A stretch of 64,000 nucleotides of DNA from Adineta vaga (lineage: Eukaryota; Animalia; Rotifera), in contig CP075496.1 of assembly GCA_021613535.1 (NCBI GenBank), forward strand, positions 6,386,001 to 6,450,000, in the 5' to 3' direction. How positions within the stretch are numbered: the first letter of the stretch is position 1; each line of letters opens with the position of its first letter. Shown one piece after another: positions 12,716 to 25,700 of the stretch. Below the pieces are notes generated by a model. The model was not told where the DNA came from and did not search any database. It saw only the letters and a program-made list of their open reading frames with translations. The position numbers and the translations under genes were made by a program.

Positions 12716-15700
12716 TTCTGTTCAACTTTTGGTCCATTGTTGACGTTGTCTTGAATCCAATGGAAGCAATTAGTTACTATATTAACCAATAATAAGACTC
12801 AATATTCAGAGACATCTATGAGAAGCTAAATAAGATCTTTATCGAAAAACTAATATCGATAGATAGACGTATGATTACTTTCGTAATAGTTAACATTAGA
12901 TATAGTTAAACATTTCATTTTTATATATTTATTTCATATAAAATTCGAACTTAGATCATTTTATATAATTACTTAAATATATGATACATATTTTAAAAAA
13001 AGATTGCTATTAAACAGATTTTGCGAGGTTATTTAAAGACATGTCATATAAAAGAAACGATACTGTACGTTGAAATACATGAATATGTAATTATTTTGAC
13101 CGATCAGTTCGATATTGATATCTGCGGTATCAAGATCAATCCTACTCCTATGTAATCAGACACGCCTTTTGAAAAACTTTTATCCCCTATGGAAAAATCA
13201 ATGTTTTGTGTTACAACAAAATCGTCATACTAGACTTTCATAATGATTCGCGAAGTTTAATTGTAGAATTGCGAACTTATGTAAATGCGTACATCTTGGA
13301 TTAATGCATTTTTCAAATAAGAACAGTTTGTTTTCGAAATTGGCAAATAAATAAATATTCTCTTTTTAAAATTTATATATCCTATTACACTCTCCAGACC
13401 GTAATTGAACCTATATAATTCCAATTTATAGTAAAGCTAAAAGAAATTCATCATCAGTCTATCACTTGTTCCAAAAATCTTATATGCATCACTTGCTATG
13501 TTCTATACAGTCTAGACATCGTTTAAATGTATTGTCACTTTAAAACAAGATAAATTATTATATAAATCACAAGTAGAGTTGAATAATTAATAACTATCTG
13601 CAGATAAATATAATCAAGCAATTCGTTATACGATGACACAATCCAATTGAAGAGAATGATTTTTCTTTTCTAAAGATCAAAGAATATCTATACATGACAT
13701 CTTGTCTATTCATATTGACATTCTAAGAATGAACAAGATAGTTTATCGGATGTATTTCATAAGATTGACGCATGTTTCAATTGACCTTACATGGTATTTC
13801 TATTCATATCATGTTTGATGAATATGAACAATTTCTGTCGAGTTCATTTTAACTAAACAAGACACATTGGGAATTATTAATTACTTTTCTTTTTCTCTTT
13901 CACTACTTGTAAATTAAATCAACTTCTTCTTCTTCTTCTTCTGCTGTCCTTTTCTATGCACAAAATCAAGATATGGTTCAATGACAGTCGGAAATAGATC
14001 AATACAAAAGCATATGAACATTTTCTTCTTTTTCTTCTTCTCTTTTTTGATAAGTAATCAACAGCTTGAAATTATAGCAGAAAGAAAACACATCCATCAT
14101 CTTCAGCACAGCAGGATGTCAAACAATAATCATATTTAAACATCAAATGAACCATCTCTTTCACTGAATTGTGTTCTTAAATCTGTTTGATGAGATTTTG
14201 ATTTTGTTGTCTTTATGTGTTGCCTTTTATCACAATGGATTATATTATAAAGTAGTCGTCAGCTTTCTAATCATCAATCGACACATACATTAGATTGTTG
14301 ACTATTCAAATCAGTTGTCGTTCTTTCCGAATATCAATACTGTGAAGTGTGTGAGTAATTCAATTCTTAGACATATAGATTTTGTTACATAATCATGACT
14401 TTGAACTGATTTCCGTAGTTCTATGATGAGTGATGTTTGTTCATGACACGCCTAGAAGCGCATGTGAATGAGAAGTGAACATGTTTACCAACTGTCATTT
14501 TGATTGCTTTAGAAAATGACAGAAATATAATTCATTAGTTTGTTCTCGTCTGTTCGTCATTTCATGATAGTTTTCATTCAATTTTGACAGACTAGAAGAA
14601 AGAATAGGAGTACTTATTCTTACGATGATATTCGAAGGTTAAACGGAAATAACAATCAAATTGATTTTATGTTCTTTAGAAGAAGAAGAAGAAAAAAAAT
14701 GAGAAAGAAATATGCAGGTGAACACTTCACTCATTTTCTCATCTTTCACTTCCTTGACTGATGATAATTTATAGAAATAAGTTTCAATCTATATTAATAT
14801 GTTCAATGGAATGGAATCAAAAGTAGATTATTACATCGAGATCCAATGACCTTCAATGATATTCTAGTAGAGAACAGATGTACGTCCAGTTCACAATGGG
14901 TCAAGTAAACAAGAGATAAAATGCACGACCTTTTCCATCATCTTTCTTTTTAGCTAATTAGAACTAATTCTTTCTTTCTCAATCTTTCATCGGGTACTTT
15001 TTTTTCCTAGTCTCGATTTGGTATGATCAGCCAACGGGCATATCGTGTCGGGGGTCGACTTGAGAGTAAAAGAGTAAAGAAGACGACGACGACGACGAAA
15101 AGAAGAAGAAGATTATAGTTGTGGTTAAGCTTAACTAACCCTACGGCTATCATCAGAGCTTTGAATGACGACAACTTAATCTCGCTCACACTTTCTGCAA
15201 TGATCAACTCTCATGACGACGTTTGTTGCCCTCGAACTATACAATACACTCGTGAATGATGATTATGATGATGACAAGCAACGAGTCGATCAAGTGGGAA
15301 CTCATAAGGAGAACATTCTTTTCCCTTGTTTCCTATCTAATTACTTATCACATCAAACATTGAAGTAAAAAAAATTTTCTATGGTCTCTTTTTCTTCCCT
15401 AAAGTGTATACTAAGCGGAAGACAGTCAGACATAATCAAATTGTATACAACTAGCAAGGCATCTTTCATTATTTGATTGTGCAGCTGTCAGTATCTACAT
15501 TTAATCCGATCAAATTCGTATGTACTCAGTTGGAGGTTTCTCGAAATAATGTAAAAAATAAAACAAAAGAAACATACATGTATACAGATGCACATAAGCT
15601 CATCTTTATACTTGATTCCTCTCGAAGGAAGTCGACGAAGAATGATTAAGAAAAAACGTTGAATGAACCTAATCGAAACAAGTGAATGAATGAATAGTTA

Positions 15701-16509
15701 GTCTGATGAGATAATAATGCGTGCCGATTTGCCGCTAAGGAAAGAAGACGAGTTTCAAACTGTACAATTAATGACAGCATGAGGCATATCTTCCCATGAC
15801 ATGAACATAGAAGAGTAAGAAAAAATAGTATTTTCTTCCTTTCTTGCCTTGCATTGAACCATGACAAGACGTTTAATGATGTGGAAAATGAATAGTTTGA
15901 ACTCATGAGATTTATTATAGAAAAAAATTCTCATAAATCATCGAATACAACTAATATTTAGTCAATTGCTTCATTTGAAATGAAAAAAAAAGAAAGAGAA
16001 AAGAGTAAAGAATAGATCTGCTATATCTATATATGTATTTATCTAAACTAATCGATATGTCTAAAAGAAAAGAAGAACATCTCTATAATTTACGCAATAA
16101 CACTTTTCCTTTTCTCTTCACAATGTATATATATATATATATATTATTGTTAGACAGACTATGTCAAGATAATCGATAGAGCGGAATTGATATCTCTCTC
16201 TCTCTTTCTCTCTGACAGCATCTGTCGTTCAATGCCCATCCGTCAATTGAAGAGTTGACCAGACAGTCTCATCTCTCTCTGTCTCAAATTTCTTTAAGTC
16301 GATAAAAACGAAATGAAATTTGAAATTAGCAAAATACAATGTAAACGTATTAAATGTCAACCAGATGTTTTTGACGTAATTCTTTGTTGTGGCTTTTTTA
16401 TTATAAATATTTATATCATTATAAAACAATTCTACAGATCATACAACATAAAAAAGAAGAGAGTAAGAGGGAAGGAGGAGGAGAAGACGATGATGAAAAG
16501 GTCTTAGTT

Positions 16510-18726
16510 TTAAACATAAGTTCCTCGTGTAGATGAAATCTGTTGATTTGCTTCGGTTAATAGAGAAAGATCATTTTGGATCGAATGAAATAGTTTATTC
16601 GTTAAATTATCTGTTGGATGTGGTATAAGTGTTGCACGTTTCGGAGAAAACAGATACATATCCTTAATAAAAGAAAAAGATTGATTAAATTTGAACAAAA
16701 ACAAAATTCTTTTAATCAAACTTACTGATGTTTCAACTGTAACATTATCCGATTTTTCTGAACCATACAATGATCCAGCTGATGAACTTTGTTCTGATGA
16801 TGATGTTTGAATAATTTTCTGTTTTGTACTACTATCATCAGTAACTGTTGTCAATATAGAAGGAGGTTTTCGTTTTGATTCTCTTCGACAATAAATGCAA
16901 CTAAGTATGGTCGCAATAACAAATAATAATCCCATTAAACTAGCTATACTCATTATGATATATTCATGTTTTAACCATTGAAGTATATCATATTGATTGA
17001 AACGTTTTACTTGTAAATATGTTGGATCATTACCTAAGATTGAACTTCGATAAAGACGTATTTTAATTACTGATGAAAAATTATCGTTATGCATATCGTA
17101 TGCTTCAATATCTAACCAAATCTCTCCATTTGATAAATAAAACCAACAATCATTGTTTGTTTCATTTCCTTCTAATGTACAATTAAGTATTAATTGATTT
17201 GATAGTAATGAAATCCATTGTGGCCATGATGTACTTTTTTTTCGATAACCAACAAGAGAATTTTCATCGTCATCTGTAGCATTTAAAGTTAGTACAATAA
17301 TCTCATTTAAATGTATATACTGATCGAAATCAATATTTAATATTGAAGAATTCCATTGTGGTTTACAATCATTTACATCAGTAACGATAATTCGAAAGTT
17401 TCGTTGAAGATTTCCATTACGTAACTGAACATTGTACGATGAACGTTTTTCACGATCATAAATACGATCGGTTAATAGAGTAAAAGAATTTTCTGTTAAT
17501 TTTTGTAGAAAAAATCCTTCATGAGATGCAAGTTGAAGATTTGAATTTGATTTAATATAAGCAATAAATGTTGCATTGGGAAGATTCTCTGCTATATAAA
17601 CTTCCGTTAAATTCTTTGAAACACGATTTGAACCAAAAGTTATTTGAATTAATGATTGACCGTCATCAAATAGATCTGTTTGAATATTAATATAAACAGT
17701 TGTCAATGCTGGAATAGCATTATGTGTTCCATCCGAAGCTCCAATGATTAACTTGAAGATATTTTTCGTATCTAGATGATCTAGTTTGGAGAGAAGAGTC
17801 AATTCACCTGTATAGGAATTTAATTGAAATAAATCATTTTTTTCATTCGAATCAATTTTATAACCATCAATACTTAATAATGAATAATAAATTCGTGCAT
17901 TATCATCGGAATCAGCATCATGAGCAGTTAATTTAATTAAAATTGATCCAATCGGTGTCGATTCAGAAATATTAACTGTATAAACTGATTGAGAAAATTT
18001 TGCATTATGATCATTAACATCAAGAACAGTTAATGTAAGTTTGGTTGATGTCGTATATTTTTGATCATTAGCAGTTATTGTAAAGATATATTCATCTTGT
18101 AATTCACGATCAAGTGTCATATTAATAACAAGATACAGTTCAGCATTGGCATCATACATTAAATAAAACGGTTGATTTGTTTGATTTTGTTGTTGTTGTT
18201 GTTGTGATTGAAAAACATTTATCGAAGAAATAATGACACGATTATGATATACATAGGTTAATTCATATGATTGTACGCCATTGATTAAACAATCAATATC
18301 TTCCGCTTTCGATAAACGTATTTTCATTTCAGGCATATTATTTTCTGTTAAAGATATTGAATAAGTATTTGAACTAAAAATTGGTTGATTATCATTAATA
18401 TCATTGATTTTAAATTTTAATAATAATATATCATAATAATACATATCATAGAGTTTAATCGTTAAATAACATTTCGAACATTGATCATCGTTGGGACATA
18501 ATGTATCTCGATCGATACGTTTTGAAATTGTAATTAAATTCGTTGTTGAATTAAAATATAATAAAGATGAACTTTCTAATAATTGGTAAGTGATTACTGT
18601 TGATGATAAACTATTTAAATCAAATATAATTGTATCGATTGGAGTTTCTTCATTGATTGAGATTTCATGTTCACGACATTGACTAAGTCCAATAAGAAGA
18701 AGAACATAGAATACAAGCATGATCAT
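16510..18726 (-). CDS. Protocadherin-like cell adhesion protein (signal peptide, ~5 cadherin repeats, TM, short tail)
   Basis: Cadherin motifs IDRD..C, DINDNQPIF, AEDID, LDRE, DVNDHNAKF, AHDAD, DVNDCKP, ATDDD. TM IIMSIASLMGLLFVIATILSCIYC. Ectodomain encoded in one large exon. Probable in-frame 63-bp intron at 16663-16725. Confidence 0.9.
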   Translation of the reverse strand: MIMLVFYVLLLIGLSQCREHEISINEETPIDTIIFDLNSLSSTVITYQLLESSSLLYFNSTTNLITISKRIDRDTLCPNDDQCSKCYLTIKLYDMYYYDILLLKFKINDINDNQPIFSSNTYSISLTENNMPEMKIRLSKAEDIDCLINGVQSYELTYVYHNRVIISSINVFQSQQQQQQNQTNQPFYLMYDANAELYLVINMTLDRELQDEYIFTITANDQKYTTSTKLTLTVLDVNDHNAKFSQSVYTVNISESTPIGSILIKLTAHDADSDDNARIYYSLLSIDGYKIDSNEKNDLFQLNSYTGELTLLSKLDHLDTKNIFKLIIGASDGTHNAIPALTTVYINIQTDLFDDGQSLIQITFGSNRVSKNLTEVYIAENLPNATFIAYIKSNSNLQLASHEGFFLQKLTENSFTLLTDRIYDREKRSSYNVQLRNGNLQRNFRIIVTDVNDCKPQWNSSILNIDFDQYIHLNEIIVLTLNATDDDENSLVGYRKKSTSWPQWISLLSNQLILNCTLEGNETNNDCWFYLSNGEIWLDIEAYDMHNDNFSSVIKIRLYRSSILGNDPTYLQVKRFNQYDILQWLKHEYIIMSIASLMGLLFVIATILSCIYCRRESKRKPPSILTTVTDDSSTKQKIIQTSSSEQSSSAGSLYGSEKSDNVTVETSVSLIKRILFLFKFNQSFSFIKDMYLFSPKRATLIPHPTDNLTNKLFHSIQNDLSLLTEANQQISSTRGTYV

Positions 18727-19058
18727 CTAGAAATGATGTTGAATGAAGTAGAAAGACAGACAGTCAGAAAAGGAAGGATATTTTTCTCGCTTTCTCCTTC
18801 TTTCTCTTTTTTTTCTTTTTCTCTTCTCTTCTCTCGTGCTCTCTTCTTCTTGTTAACGCCCAATGGTCGACAGTAAGAACTGAAAGAAGGAAAAAGAAAA
18901 GGTGATAAACTACCTTCTTGCTTCCAACACTTCTAGTCAACTTGTTCAATTGAAAAAGACAGAAGAAGTAATTATCTTAACACAGTAGGATACCTTACTT
19001 GACAAGAATCGATGTTATACAAGTACAAAACAGAATTTTCTCTTTTTCTTCACTCACT

Positions 19059-19081
19059 CTCTCTCTCTCTCTCTCTCTCTC
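19059..19081. repeat. (CT)n microsatellite
   Basis: About 11 consecutive CT units. Several (TA)n tracts also occur, e.g. ~16127-16146 and ~19809-19832. Confidence 0.8.
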
Positions 19082-22000
19082 GTGTGTACTGCTAACATTC
19101 ATATGAACAATTAGATCAATCTCTGCCGTTCATTTTAAACTTCACACATGCGATAATGTGAATAACAAAAATGTTCATGGGAACTATCTGATTGATGAAT
19201 TAGACTTTTTCCATGAGCTACATACCTATCAAATAAAGTAGTCTGAAGAATGAATGACACATACATGAATTTACATCAAGTTTAGTCTAATAATTGGACA
19301 CTGATCATTATTCTTCGTCTTGATTCAGTTAATCACATTCCATTAGCTGTATAATAGTACATATCGCGGGAACTCCTCCTCTTAACTATAATACCTTACC
19401 TGTCTTTCTCTTCTTTCCCTTCTCTTCTACCGGCAATGATAATCATCACTGTAACATTACTGTCATCATTATCCTGTGGGTGTGGTGAAGACTATGTCTA
19501 ATTCTTTTCTTCTTCTTTTCCTCTACTTCAGAGAAATAGATATCAGGTCACGCACGACCTAGTGACTATCTTTTTCTTAACAGAGTGTGAAGTAAGTTCA
19601 ATCGCTAAATAGAATAAAAAAAAGGTATATATGTATAAATAAAAGAAAAAGCGGCTTACCGGCAATTATTTGCTATTTGCTAAAATCATATGCAAACAAA
19701 CAAACAAATAAATAAACTTTTATCAGATAAGCATACGTTTCTTCTCGTGAGAATCTTATCTATGATATAGAATTCAGTTCCTGTCTGTCTATAACAAGTC
19801 TCATGTACATATATATATATATATATATATATCGTTGGTCAACGAATCTATGTATATATACATATACTCAGTATGGTGCTTATAGTAACTTCTAGGGTGT
19901 ATAGTTAATGGAGATGTCATCGGTACTATGTTTCTGTGTTTGACAGCAGGCCGCCAAAGAGCAGCGTGTCAAATCAATTACAAATCGATCGAGACAAGCG
20001 CGTTTTCTTGTCCGATTGCGTCATTCAAGTGAATATATTCTCTGAAGGTGATCGAGCTGTCCAACCGTTTTTCTTTCTATCACATAACATTTATCCTTGT
20101 TTATCATTCTCAATGAGCAAACGCGTGTGTGCTATCCATCTGGATTTCATATACATATATATGTATAAATATACATGGATATATATATATACACCAAGAT
20201 GAGAAATTGAGAAAAAAATTTGTTTTTAGAAGCAACTGATACAATCTTTTATCTAATGAGATCGCGAATTGAAATTATTGAAGAATAACAATTAAGAAAG
20301 AAATATGGACTCGATACTCATTTGTCTAACTATATTTTCTTTTCACTATCGAATAAACAATGGTTATCAATCGATAGTTATCTGATCGATAGATTGAACA
20401 GAGAAAAAAAGTACTACGTGTCAACATTCGATATATGATAAGATCCAAAGAGAAAACGAAAATAAGAGAGGAAAAGATGAATTTACATATATGACATCTA
20501 AGATGAGACAGAAAGGCTAAGACGGATGCGATCAATCGACGCGCTCGTGGTTCAATTTACCTGCACTAATACCATAGCTATGTATACAGACACTTGAGTA
20601 ATTCGTCGGTGACCGGGAGAGACAAACGAGCTTACTTTGAATATGCTTCGTATTACTCTCAATCACAGCAGTGAGCTTTTTTAATCCAACCTTGTATGTG
20701 TGTCTATACATCTATCGACTTTGAATGAATGAATAAATGTTTACAAACGTATATATATCGATTTACATCAATACACACACACAGGATGTTATCATGAGAC
20801 TAGTGCTCAAAACAAAAAATGTTGGTCACACATACGTTCTCATGTAAATGAGCTCCGGTTCATTTCGAATTCTCACTCACCCGTTCCGAACGTTAGCGTT
20901 CTTTTTTTTTATATATTGTATGACTATGTATACGTTGAAGTTCAAAAAAAGAAATCGTAATGATTGACACACAAACCTTGGGACAATGTATATTTAACGA
21001 CGAGACTAATTTTTGAAAAAAATAAGGCGTCTCCCTTCGTTTTGTTATTGTTCATTGCACAATAAAAAGCTTATTTCACGCAACTACATTAGAATATAGA
21101 CAAAAATATCGATGAACGAAACTGTTCATTTATAAAAATAGGATGACTGTACAATACAATTGTACCCCCTAGTGAGTTTTTGATATCGTACAACAGAACT
21201 AATGATGAAAGGCTGCTCTAGTGAAGATCAAAGAATGACTTTAACTAGCTTGCTGCATACAATGATGATAATTGGTAATCGAATGAACACTGCTGTTGTG
21301 ACTGGTAAAAAAAGGGCGCGTGTGGTGATGATGCATATCTTTTTCTGAAGGCATTGAAAAATCAATTATTAGTTCGTTTCGACTCAAAGCGAAAATAAGG
21401 AAAAACGAAAGTGTACGCATCATCATCATCATCATCAGTGATAACGAGGATTACACACCTGAGAAATTGTATATGATGGATTCTTTTCATCTATCCGCAT
21501 TTGTGATTGTTTAACTTCTCAATTGAAGTGTATGTATATATATATATATGTGTCGGCTGTCACTTGGATGATGTGTTGGAAAAGAAGAGAAGCCTTTTTT
21601 CACACTCAATTGAAAAATGAATTATTGCACGTTATTCAATCTTGAACTGTTCAATTAAAAAGTAAATATCATCGGTATTTCTTTCTGTTTGTCATTTTGA
21701 CATTTCAACGATGAATGAACTCTCATTAGATTAAGGGCGGATCTTATTTAAAATAAAAAGAAAAGATTCTAACAGATGTTATCAAGTTAAATAGAGAAGA
21801 GAAATCGAGCTCATTTATCACACTATCACTATTAGAAAAGATATCACACAAATGTATAACGTTTCTTTTTATTTCTTCTCTGTCTCTTTCAATAGATTTA
21901 TATAGAGACAGTCGGTATGGATGTGATACACGCGATTGTACAGTTAAAAGAAAAAATCAGTATGATTGCTTGTGACAAGTTTGATGAAGAGTTTGCATGT

Positions 22001-22741
22001 ATACAATGCGTTAGAAGTCAAAATGACTTAGTGACTGAATATATCATTCATTTTGTCAAAAAATGTGTACCTTGGGAGAAGATATATCATGCATTTAATA
22101 TCGTCTATTGACCAAGTTAATTGAATAGATAAGAATTGATATTGAAATATGTTTGCAACAATTGAAAGAATAATAACATTTTTGTTAATGTCGATATTAA
22201 ATCATGGTCAGATCATTCATAACATATATATAGATGATGAGAATTTTGACATAGTACAAGGATGACATCAGTACTTAACCGTAGTACTTTGATCTCTTTT
22301 GATTGGCAATACACGAACAATTAGATGATAATCACTCTCAAGTATGGATTTGTTACCGGAAAATATTTAATTTTTTAATAATTTTACTCGTTTATAATTG
22401 TAATAAATATAGACTAGCCATGTTTCAATGCAATAATAGTTAAACACCCAAAGCCTTCGTCGGGTGCAAACACTTTCTTTGTTCAATACTCATTTTCAAC
22501 CTTGAGTTTTAAATATGTCTGATACAGTACGATCGTAATCAATCTTTTTTTTTACCTTGAATTGTTGACTATCTCAAATAGATTTTTCATGGAACAATGA
22601 AAGAAAAGAATCAATTTTATTCAAATCCACATAAACATAAATCTATTGAATCATTGAACTTCACTGCATTGAAAAGAAGACATAGAAATAGAAAATTCGA
22701 TTATCACAAACAAATCTAGTCTACCAAGTTTAATAGAATAA

Positions 22742-25700
22742 TCATCGTATTCCAAAAGAACAATTTGATGAGCCATCTGAATCAGTTATTCGCCGTTGTC
22801 TTACTAATTTTCCTGTCATAAAACTTGAATGACGAGATTGATGATAAGATGCTACTAGAGCAGGTGTTCCTAATTCATCTAATTCGATTAGTTCATCAAT
22901 TTTCGCTCGTTCTAATTTTGGTTCTTGACAACGTCGTATATTCCGACATTGTTCAACATTACATCGAAAACCTTTTAGACCAATGCGACTTAGATAACTT
23001 TCACGTTGACGTTGAATGGTTGTTGTAATTGGATGATAATCTTTTGGACGATCTTTTTTTATATCAATTGGTGTTTCAGTTTCTGTATTTGCTGTTGGTG
23101 CATCCAATGTACCAAGAAAATGTTTTGTAAGACCATCTAGTATATCAACACAATGTATACGATCATTTTCACAAATTGGAATATTCATTGCTACAAATAA
23201 TAATTGATTCGGTTTTGGTATACGTAGAGGTGGTTCAAGTCCATCAACAAAATCAGATAATTGATCATAGCGTATAAATTGTGAACCTGATGGATCTAAA
23301 TATTGCCATTTTTCATAGTACATATCATAATCATCATCAGTTAAACCCTAAAAATATTTATGAAAATGATCTTCTTAGAAAATTCTTTTCAAATCTATTT
23401 ACTTGTTGAACATCTTCTTGAGCTTGAGAGAAATTTTCTAAAATCACAGCAATATACATATTTACCTAAATAATATTAAACCTCAGATATGAAGAGAATG
23501 GAATAGTTTTTTCTTTCATACCACAACAAGAGAACTAATAATTAAGTAACTAATAAGAAATGGTACTGCAATTGCTGTTGTTCCACAATCACCTCGATTT
23601 GAGGGTAGTTTTATTGTTGGATCACAATCAGGTGGTTTATCATTTGTTAATGCTTGCAAAACACCTGACCAACCGGCAGTTGTACACATTTGAAAAAGTA
23701 CAATGATTGAATTAGGAAATGTTTCAAAATTGAATAAATCTGTTACACCAGCTGATTTTCTTACATAGGCAAAAAATGACATACCAAATATTGAATAAAT
23801 AAACATGACAAGAAAGAGAAGGAGACCAATATTGAATAAGGCTGGCATAGAAACAGCTAATGCAAAAAGTAATGTTCGAATACCTTTTGCACCTGAAGAT
23901 AAAAACTTTTGTTATTGAAAATTGTCTCTTTGTTTTTCAAGTGAAATTCAAACCTTTAACTAAACGTAAAACTCGTCCAACACGTGCAACACGAACAACA
24001 CGTAATAAAGTGGGATTAACAAATAATTTTGCTATTATTTCTCCTAATACATGTCCTAGAAAAAAACTTCATCATGCTCATCGTTATCTTCAATATATCA
24101 ATAAATCTACCTAGAATTGATGCAATAACAATAATAAAATCAAATACATTCCATGGAATTGTAAAATATTTAAAATTTAATGCAATTAATTTCATAGCAC
24201 ATTCAATAGTAAATCTAAATAATGATTAACGAATAAACATTTTTGTGATATGTTTTTCTGCAAATATATTACAGTTGAAGTACTTACACGGCAATAAAAA
24301 AGTTATTAATATATCCTAAAACTCGTTCGAAAGTTTTACTTTGTCCATCGTGTTCCAGACACATACAAAGCATGTTAAGAAAAATACATATCATGATGAA
24401 AATATCAAATTTTTGATTCGTAGTTAAATCAAAGAAAAATCTTGCTAAAGCAAACTAGAATGAATGAAAGAATAGTCAATAAATATGAAAATTTTCATGA
24501 AGATATGCTACTCGTGGTCTCGGCAAGGCTTTTGTTGGCTTTTTTGTACCCATTTTTTTCATTGCATTATAATATTTTTTCTGATCATCTGTCATAAACA
24601 TTTCGATTGAACCACCACCACCTAACTGAAATGATTGTAAATGAAAAGAAGAGATTATATAAGATAAACTTTAGTAGAATATTTACGATTCGTTTTTGTT
24701 GATTGAAATTATCAATGACAACACCAATGAATAGATTTAGAGTAAAAAATGATCCAAAAATAATAAATAAAACAAAATAAACAAGAATATAAACATTATA
24801 TTCATATTCCGGTTGAACATCTACCTAGAAAAGAAATGTCGAGATAAGAAAGACAATTATGAATGCAGTAATCTACTTCTCTAGCATCAGATGCATCAGC
24901 CATGATTTCAATCCATCCTTTAAAAGTTGCCTATAAACGAAAATGAATTTGTTTCCTATAAATACATTCGAATGACTTACTACTTGAAATAAAGCCAAAT
25001 AACCATTAAAAACATTATCAAAATTAACTCGTGAATTTTCCCATGTAAAATTTTTTCTCAAACAATCATCTTTATTTGTAACATTTTCTGATATATTGAC
25101 ACGATCGTGTGTATTAACATAAACACATTTGTAAAATTTACCACCAAATAATTGTACACCCATGATGGAAAAAATTAACCAAAAAACAAGACAAACCAAT
25201 AATACATTGAAAATCGATGGTATGGCACCGATCAATGCATTAACAACCACCTATTTGTTTCGAAAACTAGTTAAATCTAATTCAATCAAATCAAGTACTT
25301 ACTCTCATGCCTTCAAATCTTGAAAGTGCTTTTAATGGACGTAGAGCTCTCAATGTTCTCATAGATTTAAATGCAGGAATATCTGCTACACCAAGCCAAT
25401 CAAGAAGACTTCCAAGAACACTAACTAATACAATAATAAAATCTAACCAATTCCAACCATTGGTAAAATATTTTTTTATTCCATAAGCAAACCATTTTAG
25501 TATTAATTCCATAGTAAAAATAATTGTAAACAGTTTGTCTGAAAGAACTAATATTTTATAAAAAATGGGTTGTTGACGAGTATTGATATCTTCTAAAGCC
25601 TAGAATAGTCGAAAATGAAAATAATCATAATTCTTCTTGTTTGATCATTACTTACTAAACTTGTACTACTTGCTAGGATACTGGCAATAATTAATCGCTC

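Noticed and set aside
12800-16500. Short ORFs in intergenic regions (also 19-22.7 kb, 36-40 kb and 58-61 kb)
   Set aside because: Low-complexity F/K/I-rich translations of AT-rich and microsatellite DNA with no domains. Likewise, the small ORFs opposite real exons are shadow frames.
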